Shown: positions 9,069 to 20,328, counted from the first letter of the stretch. The stretch: 64,000 nt of DNA from an uncultured Solirubrobacterales bacterium (GCA_963752905.1 CAVWAC010000003.1:324572-388571), one strand, 5' to 3'. Notes: generated by a model not told the origin, from the sequence alone. A program made the numbers and translations.

Positions 9069-10661
9069 TCACGCGGGTGCGGGCGCCGCCGCGGCCTCGC
9101 TGGCCACCGGCGCCCGCCCGCGGATCAGATCGGCGGCCCGCTCGGCGATCATGATCGTCGGCGCGTTCGTGTTGCCGCGCACGAGGGTCGGCATCACCGA
9201 GGCGTCGATCACCCGCAGGGATTCGAGGCCGAGGACCCGGAGCTCGTCGTCGACGACCCGACCCATCGCGCACGTGCCCACCGGGTGATACAGCGTCGTC
9301 GAGTTGCGCTCGATGTAGGCGAGCAGGCTCGCGTCGTCGTCGCCGGACGGCGGCGCGACGAGCTCGTTGGTGAGCGCGCTCAACGCCGGCTGGCCGACGA
9401 TCTCCAGGCACCGGCGCACCCCGGCGATCATCGTCGCCCGGTCCTCGTCGCTGACGATGTAGTTGTGGAGGATCCGCGGCTTGGCCGTCGGCACCCGCGA
9501 GCGGATCTTGACGAAGCCGCGGCTCGTCGGCCGCAGCACGCAGGCCGACAGCGCCCAGCCGTCGACGAGGATCTCCCCCGCCCCGGCCTCGGGGAACAGC
9601 ACCGGGATCATGTGCAGCTGCACGTCGGGAGCCTCGAGCCCCTCACGCGTGCGGATGAACCCGCCGGACTCGGCGAAGTTCGAGGTCAGCGGCCCGCGTC
9701 CCTCGGTCTGGAGGAGCATGAGGTTCTCCTCGCTCTCGGCCCCGAGCAGCGACGGCGCTGACGTCGTCCCGGTGATCCAGGTCGCGAGATGGTCCTGGAG
9801 CCCCTGCCCGACCGGAAGCTCGTGGACGACCGGGATGTGGGCGAGTTCGAGGTCGGCCGCCGGACCGATGCCGCTCAGCAGCAGGATCTGCGGGCTCTGG
9901 TAGGCCCCGGCGCTGAGGATGACCTCGCGCTCGGCCCGGATTTCCCGCAGCTCCTCGCGCTGGTCGATCTCCACACCGATCGCCCGGCCGCCGTCGAGCA
10001 GGAGCCGGGTGACGTGGGCGCCGGTCTCCACGGTGAGATTCGGTCGCCCGAGCGCCGGATGCAGATAGGCGACCGCCGCCGAGCACCGCATGCCGCCGCG
10101 CTGGGTGACCTGGTACCAGCCGACGCCGTCCTGCTCGGGGCCGTTGAAGTCATCGTTGCCCGGGATCCCGGCCTGCTCGGCGGCGGCGATGAACGCGCCG
10201 CATGTCTCGTAGCGCGAGCGGTTCTCGCTGACCGCGAGCGGGCCGCCGGCGCCGTGCCATTCGTTCGCGCCGCGCTGGTTGTCCTCGGCCCGGATGAAGT
10301 ACGGCAGGACGTCGTCGAACGCCCATCCGCGATGCCCGAGGGCCGCCCAGCCGTCGTAGTCGGCGCGATGACCGCGGATGTAGACCATCGCGTTGACCGA
10401 CGAGGACCCACCGAGCGTCCGTCCCCGCGGCAGATACCGCTGGCGGCCCGCGAGCCCCGGCTCGGGGTCGGACAGCAGTCCCCAGTCGTACTTGCTCTGG
10501 CCAACGGCGAGCACGCCCGCCGGCAGATGCAGCTCGTCGGCGTTGTCGGGCGGCCCGGCCTCGATCAGGCAGACGCTCACGTCCGGATCCTCCGTCAGCC
10601 GCGCGGCCAGCACACAGCCGGCCGATCCCGCGCCGACGATCACGTAGTCAAACCCGCTCAT
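9069..10661 (-). CDS. GMC family oxidoreductase (choline dehydrogenase-like)
   Basis: FDYVIVGAGSAGCVLAARL, PRGRTLGGSSSVNAMVYIRG, YHPVGTCAMG, GNTNAPTIMIAE. Confidence 0.95.
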   Translation of the reverse strand: MSGFDYVIVGAGSAGCVLAARLTEDPDVSVCLIEAGPPDNADELHLPAGVLAVGQSKYDWGLLSDPEPGLAGRQRYLPRGRTLGGSSSVNAMVYIRGHRADYDGWAALGHRGWAFDDVLPYFIRAEDNQRGANEWHGAGGPLAVSENRSRYETCGAFIAAAEQAGIPGNDDFNGPEQDGVGWYQVTQRGGMRCSAAVAYLHPALGRPNLTVETGAHVTRLLLDGGRAIGVEIDQREELREIRAEREVILSAGAYQSPQILLLSGIGPAADLELAHIPVVHELPVGQGLQDHLATWITGTTSAPSLLGAESEENLMLLQTEGRGPLTSNFAESGGFIRTREGLEAPDVQLHMIPVLFPEAGAGEILVDGWALSACVLRPTSRGFVKIRSRVPTAKPRILHNYIVSDEDRATMIAGVRRCLEIVGQPALSALTNELVAPPSGDDDASLLAYIERNSTTLYHPVGTCAMGRVVDDELRVLGLESLRVIDASVMPTLVRGNTNAPTIMIAERAADLIRGRAPVASEAAAAPAPA

Positions 10662-10831
10662 GCCATCTCCCTCGCGCCGTGGTTCGAGGGGCATTCTCTG
10701 CCGCGGCCGCGGCGGGCGTCAAGCGGACCGGCGCCCCGGGCCCGACTCGTCCCGGCGGCGTCAGCGCAACTTCCTCGCCGGCGGCTCGTTTCCATGAGGG
10801 TCAGATGTTCCACGCACTGGGGGTGGTGTCC

Positions 10832-12271
10832 GTGATCCGGAAGTTCGCGGTCGTTCTCGTTGTTGCCCTGTGGGCCGGCTGGGCTGCGTCGGCGCGGGCG
10901 GCCGGCGGAGACTGGTACCTCGCGCTCGGCGACTCGCTCGCCGCGGGCGATCAATCCCAGCCGAGTGTCGCCGGCGGCGGGTACGTCGATCAGCTCACGG
11001 GGCTCATGCAGCCCGCCGACCCGGGGATGCAACTCATGAACCTGTCCGTCCCCGGCGAGACGTCGTCGTCGTTCCTGGGCGTCCAGCTCTCGGGTGCCGA
11101 GAGCTTCCTCCGGAGCCACCAGAGTCACGTCCGGCTCGTCACGATCGACATCGGGGGCAACGACATCGCCGGCTGCCCGCCCGGCGCCACCACGTGCCTC
11201 GACGCGGCGTTGACGCGCATCGATAACAACGTGTCGCAGATCGTGGGCGGTCTCACCGCCGCCGCGGGGCCGGAGACGACGTTCGTGATGATGACCTACT
11301 ACGACCCGTTCCTCGAGTACTGGGTGACCGGAGCACTCGGTCAGGCCGAGGCGGAGGCGACGCTCCCGGCCGTCGCAGAGCTCAACCGCCATCTCGTCTC
11401 CGATTTCGGGCCCCGCTTCCTCGTGGCCGACGTCGCGAGCGCCTTCTCGACGAGCGATTCGAGCACGATCGTCAGCACGCCGACGCACGGCGAGCTTCCG
11501 ATGAACGTCGCGGTCATCTGCCGCCTCACCGGAGGGTGCGATTCCGGCTTCGATCTCCACGCGAACGCTCGCGGCCATGCCGTCATGGCGGAAACCTTCC
11601 TCGCGGCGATCGAGCATCGGCCGCCGCGCCCGGCGCCGCTCGTTGCGCCCGGCCTGTCCGGCAAGGCCGTTCCGGGCGCCACGCTCACCGCCTCGCACGG
11701 CGTCTGGACGAACGCCCCGACGGCGCTCACCTACGGCTGGGAGCGCTGCAACGTGGTCGGGGCGCAGTGCTCGACGATCTCCGGCGCCACTGCGGGCACC
11801 TATGTCGTGGCGGCGGCGGACCGGGGGCACACGATCCGCGTCGTCGAGGCGGCCGCCAACGCCCATGGCACCGGCCGCAGCGCGTCACATCCCACGGCGC
11901 TCGTCGCCGCATCGGTAGCGCAGATCAAGCGGCAGCTCGCCGCCGACATCGTCCCCCACGGCAAGCAGCCGCGGATCTCGGCGATCCTCGCGGCGGGCGG
12001 CTTCACCGTGTCGCTGACCGCGTTCGCCTCCGGCGTCGAGATCGTCGACTGGTACGCCGTCCCGCCGGGGCAGCACGTCGCGCGCCTCGTCGCGGCCGGC
12101 ACGGCTCGGTTCTCCGGCCCGGGGATCCGGCGGGTGAAGCTCACGCTCGCCCCGGGGAGCCGCACGCTCCTGCGGCGCGCGAAGAGCATCAGGATCGGGG
12201 CCGCAGGGTCGTTCCGGGCGGTCGGACGCGGTCTGCTGACGGGGAAAGCGTCGTTCGTGCTGAAGCGGTAG
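10832..12271 (+). CDS. Secreted SGNH/GDSL hydrolase with Ig-like module
   Basis: Signal peptide, YLALGDSL, IDIGGND, DLHANARGH; C-terminal GATLTASHGVW…YGWERC…C…ISGAT…TY module. Confidence 0.85.
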   Translation: MIRKFAVVLVVALWAGWAASARAAGGDWYLALGDSLAAGDQSQPSVAGGGYVDQLTGLMQPADPGMQLMNLSVPGETSSSFLGVQLSGAESFLRSHQSHVRLVTIDIGGNDIAGCPPGATTCLDAALTRIDNNVSQIVGGLTAAAGPETTFVMMTYYDPFLEYWVTGALGQAEAEATLPAVAELNRHLVSDFGPRFLVADVASAFSTSDSSTIVSTPTHGELPMNVAVICRLTGGCDSGFDLHANARGHAVMAETFLAAIEHRPPRPAPLVAPGLSGKAVPGATLTASHGVWTNAPTALTYGWERCNVVGAQCSTISGATAGTYVVAAADRGHTIRVVEAAANAHGTGRSASHPTALVAASVAQIKRQLAADIVPHGKQPRISAILAAGGFTVSLTAFASGVEIVDWYAVPPGQHVARLVAAGTARFSGPGIRRVKLTLAPGSRTLLRRAKSIRIGAAGSFRAVGRGLLTGKASFVLKR

Positions 12272-12357
12272 GGCGGCGCGCCGCGGTTCGCGCCCGCGGC
12301 GACGGAGGCGCCCCGCGGCGCGTACCACCGTGGTTGGTCCGTCCCGCACCGGGGTAG

Positions 12358-12380
12358 TACACTGGTTGAGTAGTCAACCA
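12358..12380 (+). promoter_or_regulatory. -10 box plus palindromic operator upstream of FMN reductase
   Basis: TACACT followed by TGGTTGA-GTAG-TCAACCA perfect inverted repeat. Confidence 0.55.
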
Positions 12381-12402
12381 ACATCGAGGATCTGAACCCC
12401 TG

Positions 12403-12987
12403 ATGCCCAAACTCATGATCGTGATCGGCAGCGTCCGCCCCGGGCGCGTCGGTCGTCCCATCGCCGAGTGGTTCGAGCGGCGTGCCCACGAGCACGGCGG
12501 CTTCGACGTCGAGGTCGTCGACCTCGCCGAGCTCGGCCTGCCGCTGCTCGACGAGCCGGCCCATCCCCGTCTGCGCCAGTACACCCAGCCGCACACCCAC
12601 GCCTGGAGCGCGATGGTCGAGGACGCGGACGCATTTGTGTTCGTCACCTCGGAGTACAACCACAGCTACCCGCCGGCGCTCAAGAACGCGATCGACTACC
12701 TCCACCACGAGTGGAAGGACAAACCGGTTGGGTTCGTCTCCTACGGCGGCGTGGCGGCCGTCACCCGCGCGGTCCAGCACCTCAAGCCCGTCGTCTCGGT
12801 TCTGAAGATGACCCCCGTCGCCGAGTCGGTGAACATCCCGTTCTTCCACCAGTTCCTGAACGACGACGGCGAGATCGTGGCCAACGAGGTGATGGAGCAG
12901 TCCGCCGACGCGATGCTCGACGAACTGCTGCGCCTCGAGGGCGCTCTGCGGCCGCTGCGCGAGCGCCACGCGGCCGCGGTCCACTAG
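12403..12987 (+). CDS. NADPH-dependent FMN reductase
   Basis: IGSVRPGRVG, FVTSEYNHSYPPALKNAIDYL, VSYGG. Confidence 0.93.
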   Translation: MPKLMIVIGSVRPGRVGRPIAEWFERRAHEHGGFDVEVVDLAELGLPLLDEPAHPRLRQYTQPHTHAWSAMVEDADAFVFVTSEYNHSYPPALKNAIDYLHHEWKDKPVGFVSYGGVAAVTRAVQHLKPVVSVLKMTPVAESVNIPFFHQFLNDDGEIVANEVMEQSADAMLDELLRLEGALRPLRERHAAAVH

Positions 12988-13027
12988 CCGCGCCAGCCGC
13001 CCTGGCGCGGCCGGCGGGCCGCGCCGG

Positions 13028-13155
13028 CCGCGAACTTTGGCGATTTGGTTCGGCACGTCCGAACTGAATCGCCATTCATCGCGCCCGGGCCGGCCCCGGA
13101 CCGCGAACTTTGGCGAATCGCTTCGGTGCGTCCGAAGTGAATCGCCATTCATCGC
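13028..13155. repeat. Two-copy 55-nt REP-like hairpin repeat
   Basis: Copies 13028-13082 and 13101-13155 with identical flanks and a central GGCGA…TTCGG…CCGAA…TCGCC stem; 18-nt spacer. Confidence 0.8.
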
Positions 13156-13208
13156 CGTCGGGGTCGCGGCGCGCCGGACCGACGAACGGCATGATGTAGC
13201 CCAAGCCC

Positions 13209-14180
13209 ATGCCCATGCTCGCCGCCTACGCCAGCAAACTCGCGCCCGATGACCCCCTCAGCGCCCTGACGATCGGGGAGCGGCCGGATCCCGAGGTCCC
13301 GCCCGGCTGGACGACCGTGGCCGTCAAGGCCGCGTCGCTCAACCACCACGACCTGTGGTCGCTGCGCGGCGTCGGCCTCAGCGAGGACCGGCTGCCGATG
13401 ATCCTCGGCTGCGATGCCGCCGGGCTCGACGAGGACGGCAACGAGGTCGTCGTCCACGCGGTCATCAGCGACGACAGCTGGCGCGGCGACGAGACGTTCG
13501 ACCCGCGCCGCTCGCTGCTCTCCGAGCGCCACCAGGGCGCGCTCGCCGAGCGGGTCGCCGTGCCACGCCGCAACCTCGTCCCCAAGCCGCCCGAGCTGTC
13601 GTTCGCCGAGGCCGCGTGCCTGCCGACAGCCTGGCTGACCGCCTACCGGATGCTGTTCACGCGCGGCGGGGTCGTCCCCGGGATGACCGTGCTCGTCCAG
13701 GGCGCTGCGGGCGGCGTCGCGACCGCGCTCATCGTCCTCGCCCGTGCTGCCGGCGCCCGTGTCTGGGTGACCGGGCGCTCCGAGGACCGCCGCCGCCGGG
13801 CACTCGAGCTCGGCGCCCACGACGCCTTCGAGTCCGGGGCGCGGCTGCCAGAGCGGGTCGACGTCGCGATGGAGACCGTCGGCGAGGCGACGTGGTCGCA
13901 CTCGATCCGCTCGCTCAAGCCGGGAGGCACGCTCGTCGTCTCCGGGGCGACGACTGGCGAGGCGCCCTCGGCCGAGCTGCGGCGGATGTTCTTCCTCCAG
14001 CTCTCCGTCGTCGGCTCGACGATGGGGACCCGCGACGAGCTCGACCGCCTCGTCCGCCTCTGTGTGCAGCAGAACATCCGGCCGGAGATCCACGCCGAAA
14101 TGCCGCTGACCGAGGCCCGTGACGGATTCGCGACGATGCTCGCGGGCGACATCGTCGGCAAGATCGTCTTCACCCTGTGA
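13209..14180 (+). CDS. Zinc-binding dehydrogenase / quinone oxidoreductase (MDR)
   Basis: AASLNHHDLWSLRG, ILGCDAAG, CLPTAWLTAYRML, QGAAGGVA. Confidence 0.9.
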   Translation: MPMLAAYASKLAPDDPLSALTIGERPDPEVPPGWTTVAVKAASLNHHDLWSLRGVGLSEDRLPMILGCDAAGLDEDGNEVVVHAVISDDSWRGDETFDPRRSLLSERHQGALAERVAVPRRNLVPKPPELSFAEAACLPTAWLTAYRMLFTRGGVVPGMTVLVQGAAGGVATALIVLARAAGARVWVTGRSEDRRRRALELGAHDAFESGARLPERVDVAMETVGEATWSHSIRSLKPGGTLVVSGATTGEAPSAELRRMFFLQLSVVGSTMGTRDELDRLVRLCVQQNIRPEIHAEMPLTEARDGFATMLAGDIVGKIVFTL

Positions 14181-15025
14181 GCGCCCGGGCCTTCCGCGGC
14201 GGCGCGCTCGTCACCGGCGGCGCGCGGGGACTCGGCTACGAGATCGCCCGGCGGCTCGTCGACCGCGGCCACATGGTGCACGTCACCGACCTCGACGCCG
14301 AGGCCGCCACGCAGGCCGCCGAGCGGCTCGGGCCGACCGCGTTCGCCTCCGCGCTCGACGTCCGTGATCCGCAGGCCTGCCACGCCGCCGCGTCGGTGAC
14401 CGTCGAGCGGGCCGGCTCGCTCGCGGTGTGGGTCAACAACGCCGGCGTGCTCATCACCGGGCCGGCCTGGGAGCAGGACGCGGCCACGCGGCGGCTGATG
14501 GTCGAGGTCAACGCGCTCGGGACGATGAACGGCACGCTCGCGGCGCTCGAGCAGATGCGGGCGTCGGGCCGCGGGCACGTCGTCAACGTCGTGTCGCTCG
14601 CGGGCATCGTGGCCGCGCCCGGGGAGACGGTGTACTCGGCCTCCAAGCACGCCGCGATCGCCTTCAGCATCGGCACGCTCGCCGACCTCCGCCAGGCCGG
14701 GATCCGCGGCATCGACATCTCGTGCATCTGCCCCGACGGGATCTGGACGCCGATGCTCCACGACAAGCTCGACGACCCGGCCGCCGCGGCCTCCTTCACC
14801 GGCGTGCTGCTCCAGCCGGCGCATGTGGCCGACCGCGTCGCCGAGCTGCTCGACCACCCGCGGCCGGTGCTGACCGTGCCCCGCTGGCGGGGCGCGTTCG
14901 TACGCGTCGTCGATCGCTGGCCGTCGCTCGCGGTCCGGGGCGTCGGGCCGATCCTCGCCTACGGCCGCCTGCAGCAGCGTCGGCTCGCCCGCAAGATCCA
15001 GGCGGGACGCTGGCCCTCGAGCTGA
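14177..15025 (+). CDS. SDR family oxidoreductase
   Basis: TGGARGLG, VNNAG, YSASK; GTGA overlap with the upstream gene. Confidence 0.92.
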   Translation: MSARAFRGGALVTGGARGLGYEIARRLVDRGHMVHVTDLDAEAATQAAERLGPTAFASALDVRDPQACHAAASVTVERAGSLAVWVNNAGVLITGPAWEQDAATRRLMVEVNALGTMNGTLAALEQMRASGRGHVVNVVSLAGIVAAPGETVYSASKHAAIAFSIGTLADLRQAGIRGIDISCICPDGIWTPMLHDKLDDPAAAASFTGVLLQPAHVADRVAELLDHPRPVLTVPRWRGAFVRVVDRWPSLAVRGVGPILAYGRLQQRRLARKIQAGRWPSS

Positions 15026-15057
15026 CCTCCGTCGTCCCCGAGGCCCTCAACCTGACC

Positions 15058-16647
<1,590 letters not shown>

Positions 16648-16717
16648 CGTCTGGAACTCCCTTCGCCTCTCGATTGCCGTGAAGCCTACGCGGTAGGGCA
16701 TCGCCTAGGCTTCGGGT

Positions 16718-17677
16718 GTGGCCACCGGCTGCTTCATCTCGACCGGCCGCTCGTTCGAACAGGCGATCGAGCGCGTCCGGCTCGCCGAGTTCCTCGGCTA
16801 CGAATCGGTCTACTGCACCCACATCGCCGGCCGCGAGTCGCTCACCGTGCTCACCGCCTTTGCGACGGCGACCGAGCGGATCCGTGTCGGCAGCGGTGTC
16901 GTCCCGATCTACAGCCGCACGCCGGCGACGATGGCTCAGACCGCGGCCACGATCGACGATCTCTCGGGTGGCCGGTTCACCCTCGGCCTCGGGGTGTCGC
17001 ACCGCCCGGTCGTCGAGTCGTGGCACGGCCAGACGATCGACCATCCTGCCGCCGAGATGCGCGAGTACGTCGGGATCGTCCGGGCGATTCTGCGCGGCGA
17101 GGATCCCCCGCCCGGCGAGAAGTGGCGCTCGACCTTCCACCTTGCCGGGCTCGATCCCCGGCCCGAGCTGCCGATCTACATGGCTGCGCTGTCCCCCGGG
17201 ATGCTCCGTCTTGCCGGCGAGATCGCCGACGGCGTGATCCTGTGGCTGTGCAACCCTCACTACATCCGCGACGTCGTCGTGCCCCAGGTCCGCATCGGCC
17301 GTGACCGGGCCGAGCGCACGCTCGAGGGTTTCTCGATCGTCGCCGCCGTGCCGGGCGCCCTCACCGACGACCACGCGGCCGCTTACGACGCGATGCGCAC
17401 CGATCTGCTCGCCTACTTCGGGCTCCCGTTCTACCGGGCGATGATCGAGCGCTCCGGGTTCGGCGAGGACCTCGCGGCCTATGACGCCGCCGGCGGCGAG
17501 TTCGAGGCGATGCGCGCGGCGATCTCCGACGACTTCCTCGACGTGCTCACCGCGGTCGGCGACGAGGACGCGGTCCGCGCGGGCATCATGCGCTACGCCG
17601 ATGCCGGCGCGACGAGCCCGTGCATCGGGCCGATCGCCCGCACCGACTTCACCGCCACGCTGCGGGCCGCGGCCTGA
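16718..17677 (+). CDS. LLM class flavin/F420-dependent oxidoreductase
   Basis: TERIRVGSGVVPIYSRTPATMAQTAATIDDLSGGRFTLGLGVS, LAGEIADG. Confidence 0.9.
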   Translation: MATGCFISTGRSFEQAIERVRLAEFLGYESVYCTHIAGRESLTVLTAFATATERIRVGSGVVPIYSRTPATMAQTAATIDDLSGGRFTLGLGVSHRPVVESWHGQTIDHPAAEMREYVGIVRAILRGEDPPPGEKWRSTFHLAGLDPRPELPIYMAALSPGMLRLAGEIADGVILWLCNPHYIRDVVVPQVRIGRDRAERTLEGFSIVAAVPGALTDDHAAAYDAMRTDLLAYFGLPFYRAMIERSGFGEDLAAYDAAGGEFEAMRAAISDDFLDVLTAVGDEDAVRAGIMRYADAGATSPCIGPIARTDFTATLRAAA

Positions 17678-18139
17678 GCGCTCAGACGTGCAGGAGCTCG
17701 TGCTCGGCGTGCATCGCGGCGGCGACGAGCGCCTGGTCGCGCGCGCTGGTAGGCCCGCCGGTGAAACCGCCGCTCGGTCCGGCTTCGGTGCAGCCGGCAC
17801 GATCGACGCCATGCGCTCCAGCGCTCGAGCGCGAGCGCGGCGACCCCGTTCTCGTCCGCCAGTCCCCGGCACAGGCGCAGCGCACACGCTTCGTCCCCGC
17901 CTGGAGCGTTGCACCCACTTCCGGGAGGACAACAGGGACGCATATTCGTCGCCTACCCCATCTGACGACTCTCACCACCCGGGTGGTCCGCAAACGGACG
18001 ACGGCCTCGCTCAGTGCCCGGCGATCGCGTGCGGGAGTGGATCTCCTCGAGCCCGGCAGACGATGTGGCGGCGGGTCACTTCCCACGAGGTCTACATTGG
18101 AGTCCAGCGCGTACCGGAACGAGCGCGTGGGGTAATCGA

Positions 18140-20206
18140 ATGAGACCAAACGACACCGGCGGGCGCTGGGCTCGCATCGCACCGATGAGTTGTTGGCTCT
18201 CGCTGCTCGTGATCTCCGCCGTCGCGGCGAGCACGACGGCCGCCCGACCCATCGCGCGAGCCGGATCGGGCTGGCACGTTCTGTCTCGCCCGATCGATCC
18301 CCGGCAGCAAACAGCGGTTCCATGGGGCTACCGCTCCTACTGGCTGCAGCCGTGGCGGGCCTACCTCGACACCCCGCCGGCCTCCGTCCTCCGCGACGCG
18401 GTCGGGATCAACTTCAACGTTCCCGCGAGTTTGGCGCCGCGCGTCGCGGCGCTGCTGGGTGACTCCGGATTCAAGCGCGCGCGGATCGAGATCGGGTGGA
18501 GCAGCATGTCCTATGAGCACCCGGACCGGCTGGCCGACCCCGGGCCGATCGATGCCGAGCTGGCGGCGCTGAGAGACAACGGGATCAGACCGTTGATCCT
18601 CCTGAACGCGAGCCAGGCGCCGGGGCCTGTGAAGTTCTTCCTCGCTCATCTGCTCCGCCGGGCCGCAGCCGGTGCCCGGCGCGTTCAGGTCGACGCGCGG
18701 ACGGCGAGGATGCTGGTTCCGGGACTCTCTGGCTTCGTCGGTCCACCGGGCATGAAGGGTGGATTCATCGCGACGTCGGTCTCGCGGGGCGGCTGGGTTT
18801 CGCTGTCGATGCCGCTCCCGTTTGCCGTGCCGGCCGGGACGTACGGAGCCGTGCTGCTGCGCTACCCGCCATTCGCGCCCCCGTTCACGCGCGGTGAACG
18901 CGCGAACCCGAGTTTCGAGCGGACGCTCAGAGGCTGGCTGGCCTACGTACGCGCGGTCACGGCCGAGGCGAAGCGCGTGCTCGGGAGCCAGAAGTTCGAC
19001 GTCGAAGTGTGGAACGAGTCGTTCGCGAATACGGGCATCCTGTCCCTGAACAACTACTACAACCCGGTCCCGCGCTCGCTGCAGGGCACCGGAAGCGTGA
19101 GCCGGCAGCTCCTCGCGCGCACTGTGGAGTTCCTGCGTGATCCCGCCAACGGTGTCCCAACGGTCGGCATCGGTGACGGCTTCGCCGATGGCGACCCGTC
19201 CATGGCGGGATCGACCGAGCCGGCGGGGCTGACTGCGATCGACAAACACCCTTACCACGCGAACGTGAAGGCGTTCCCCCAGGATGCGCTCTTGCCCGTG
19301 TACGTCCAGAACGGAATCCGTCCGGTCAACGCCCTTGGCCAGCCGGAGGGCGCCAACCTCTTCGGCGTCTGGCTCGACTCGTTCGTCCCGCGGTTCCGCG
19401 CGTTCTTTCCCGAGTACTACCTGAGCGCCCTGCAGACGGAGTTCATGGAGCGCGACCTCTCGCCGATCCCCACCCGCATCGGGGGCGTGATCCATGGGCG
19501 CTACAGCCGGCCCCGTGGAGCCAGCCGAGCGCCGCAGATCTGGATCACCGAGACCAACATCGACCCCGCCGGCGCCGGGCCGCTGACCACGGCCGACATG
19601 TGGCACCTGCAAGCAAAGGCGGCCATGAGGACGCTGTCGGCGTTCGTCAATAAGGGCGTCACCGCGATCGACTTCTTCGCCGTGGCCCACCTCCGATTCA
19701 CAATGGTTGACCTGACGGAACCCGGCGGTGGCGAGACGATGACCTCGATCCGTCGGTTCACGCGAGCATTTGCCGGACCGAACGTGATCGCCACCCGCCG
19801 CTCCCTGACCCTGCTGCAGATCGCCGACCGAGGCAACTGGATTCAGTTCAGCGGCGACGGCACCGCCGCCCATCCACCGCTCTACAACCGCGACGTCGTT
19901 GGCGTTTTCCCCTTCCAGGTCAACTCCAACAAGTTCGTCATCCCCGTCTACGTCATGACTCGAGATATGGCCACGCTCTACAAGCCCCAGGCCCCTACGA
20001 GCGACGTTACCCGTTACGACCTCCCGGCCGAGACCTATCGTCTGACCATCGGCGGTCTCAATACACGGAAACTGACCGCGACCGCCACCGATCCCCTGAC
20101 CGGCGAGGCGGTACCCGTACAGATCGTCTCCACCACGGCCCACACCGCCACCTTCCAGATCCCACTCACCGACTCGCCGCGGCTGCTTGTGCTCCGAGAT
20201 GCATGA
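18140..20206 (+). CDS. Secreted hypothetical protein, putative clan GH-A glycoside hydrolase
   Basis: Signal-like N-terminus; ARIEIGW, EVWNE (acid/base-like), DKHPY, IWITET (nucleophile-like); beta-rich C-terminus. Confidence 0.6.
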   Translation: MRPNDTGGRWARIAPMSCWLSLLVISAVAASTTAARPIARAGSGWHVLSRPIDPRQQTAVPWGYRSYWLQPWRAYLDTPPASVLRDAVGINFNVPASLAPRVAALLGDSGFKRARIEIGWSSMSYEHPDRLADPGPIDAELAALRDNGIRPLILLNASQAPGPVKFFLAHLLRRAAAGARRVQVDARTARMLVPGLSGFVGPPGMKGGFIATSVSRGGWVSLSMPLPFAVPAGTYGAVLLRYPPFAPPFTRGERANPSFERTLRGWLAYVRAVTAEAKRVLGSQKFDVEVWNESFANTGILSLNNYYNPVPRSLQGTGSVSRQLLARTVEFLRDPANGVPTVGIGDGFADGDPSMAGSTEPAGLTAIDKHPYHANVKAFPQDALLPVYVQNGIRPVNALGQPEGANLFGVWLDSFVPRFRAFFPEYYLSALQTEFMERDLSPIPTRIGGVIHGRYSRPRGASRAPQIWITETNIDPAGAGPLTTADMWHLQAKAAMRTLSAFVNKGVTAIDFFAVAHLRFTMVDLTEPGGGETMTSIRRFTRAFAGPNVIATRRSLTLLQIADRGNWIQFSGDGTAAHPPLYNRDVVGVFPFQVNSNKFVIPVYVMTRDMATLYKPQAPTSDVTRYDLPAETYRLTIGGLNTRKLTATATDPLTGEAVPVQIVSTTAHTATFQIPLTDSPRLLVLRDA

Positions 20207-20303
20207 GCGCCCACGGGCGGCTCTCGTGCTCGCCGTAGCTCATTATCCCGAGGCACAGGCGGGACACGCGGAGACCGGTGCGGCCGAGGTTGACGTAGTC
20301 CAT
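20166..20303 (-). pseudogene. Truncated aldo/keto reductase (only the first 33 codons remain)
   Basis: MDYVNLGRTGLRVSRLCLGIMSYGEHESRPWAL is a typical AKR N-terminus; the resemblance ends at 20205, coinciding with the stop codon of the convergent GH gene. Confidence 0.8.
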
Positions 20304-20328
20304 GTTCAGGGCTCATTCTTGATGACGA

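Noticed and set aside
13028-13155. Possible mini-CRISPR or tRNA
   Set aside because: Only two 55-nt imperfect copies with an 18-nt GC spacer; no cloverleaf, T-loop or CCA; no cas genes
17593-17943. Cys-rich ORF (MRPCCPPGSGC…) as a RiPP precursor or metallothionein
   Set aside because: No SD, atypical codons, overlaps the LLM gene end, no modifying enzymes; more likely degraded or non-coding sequence
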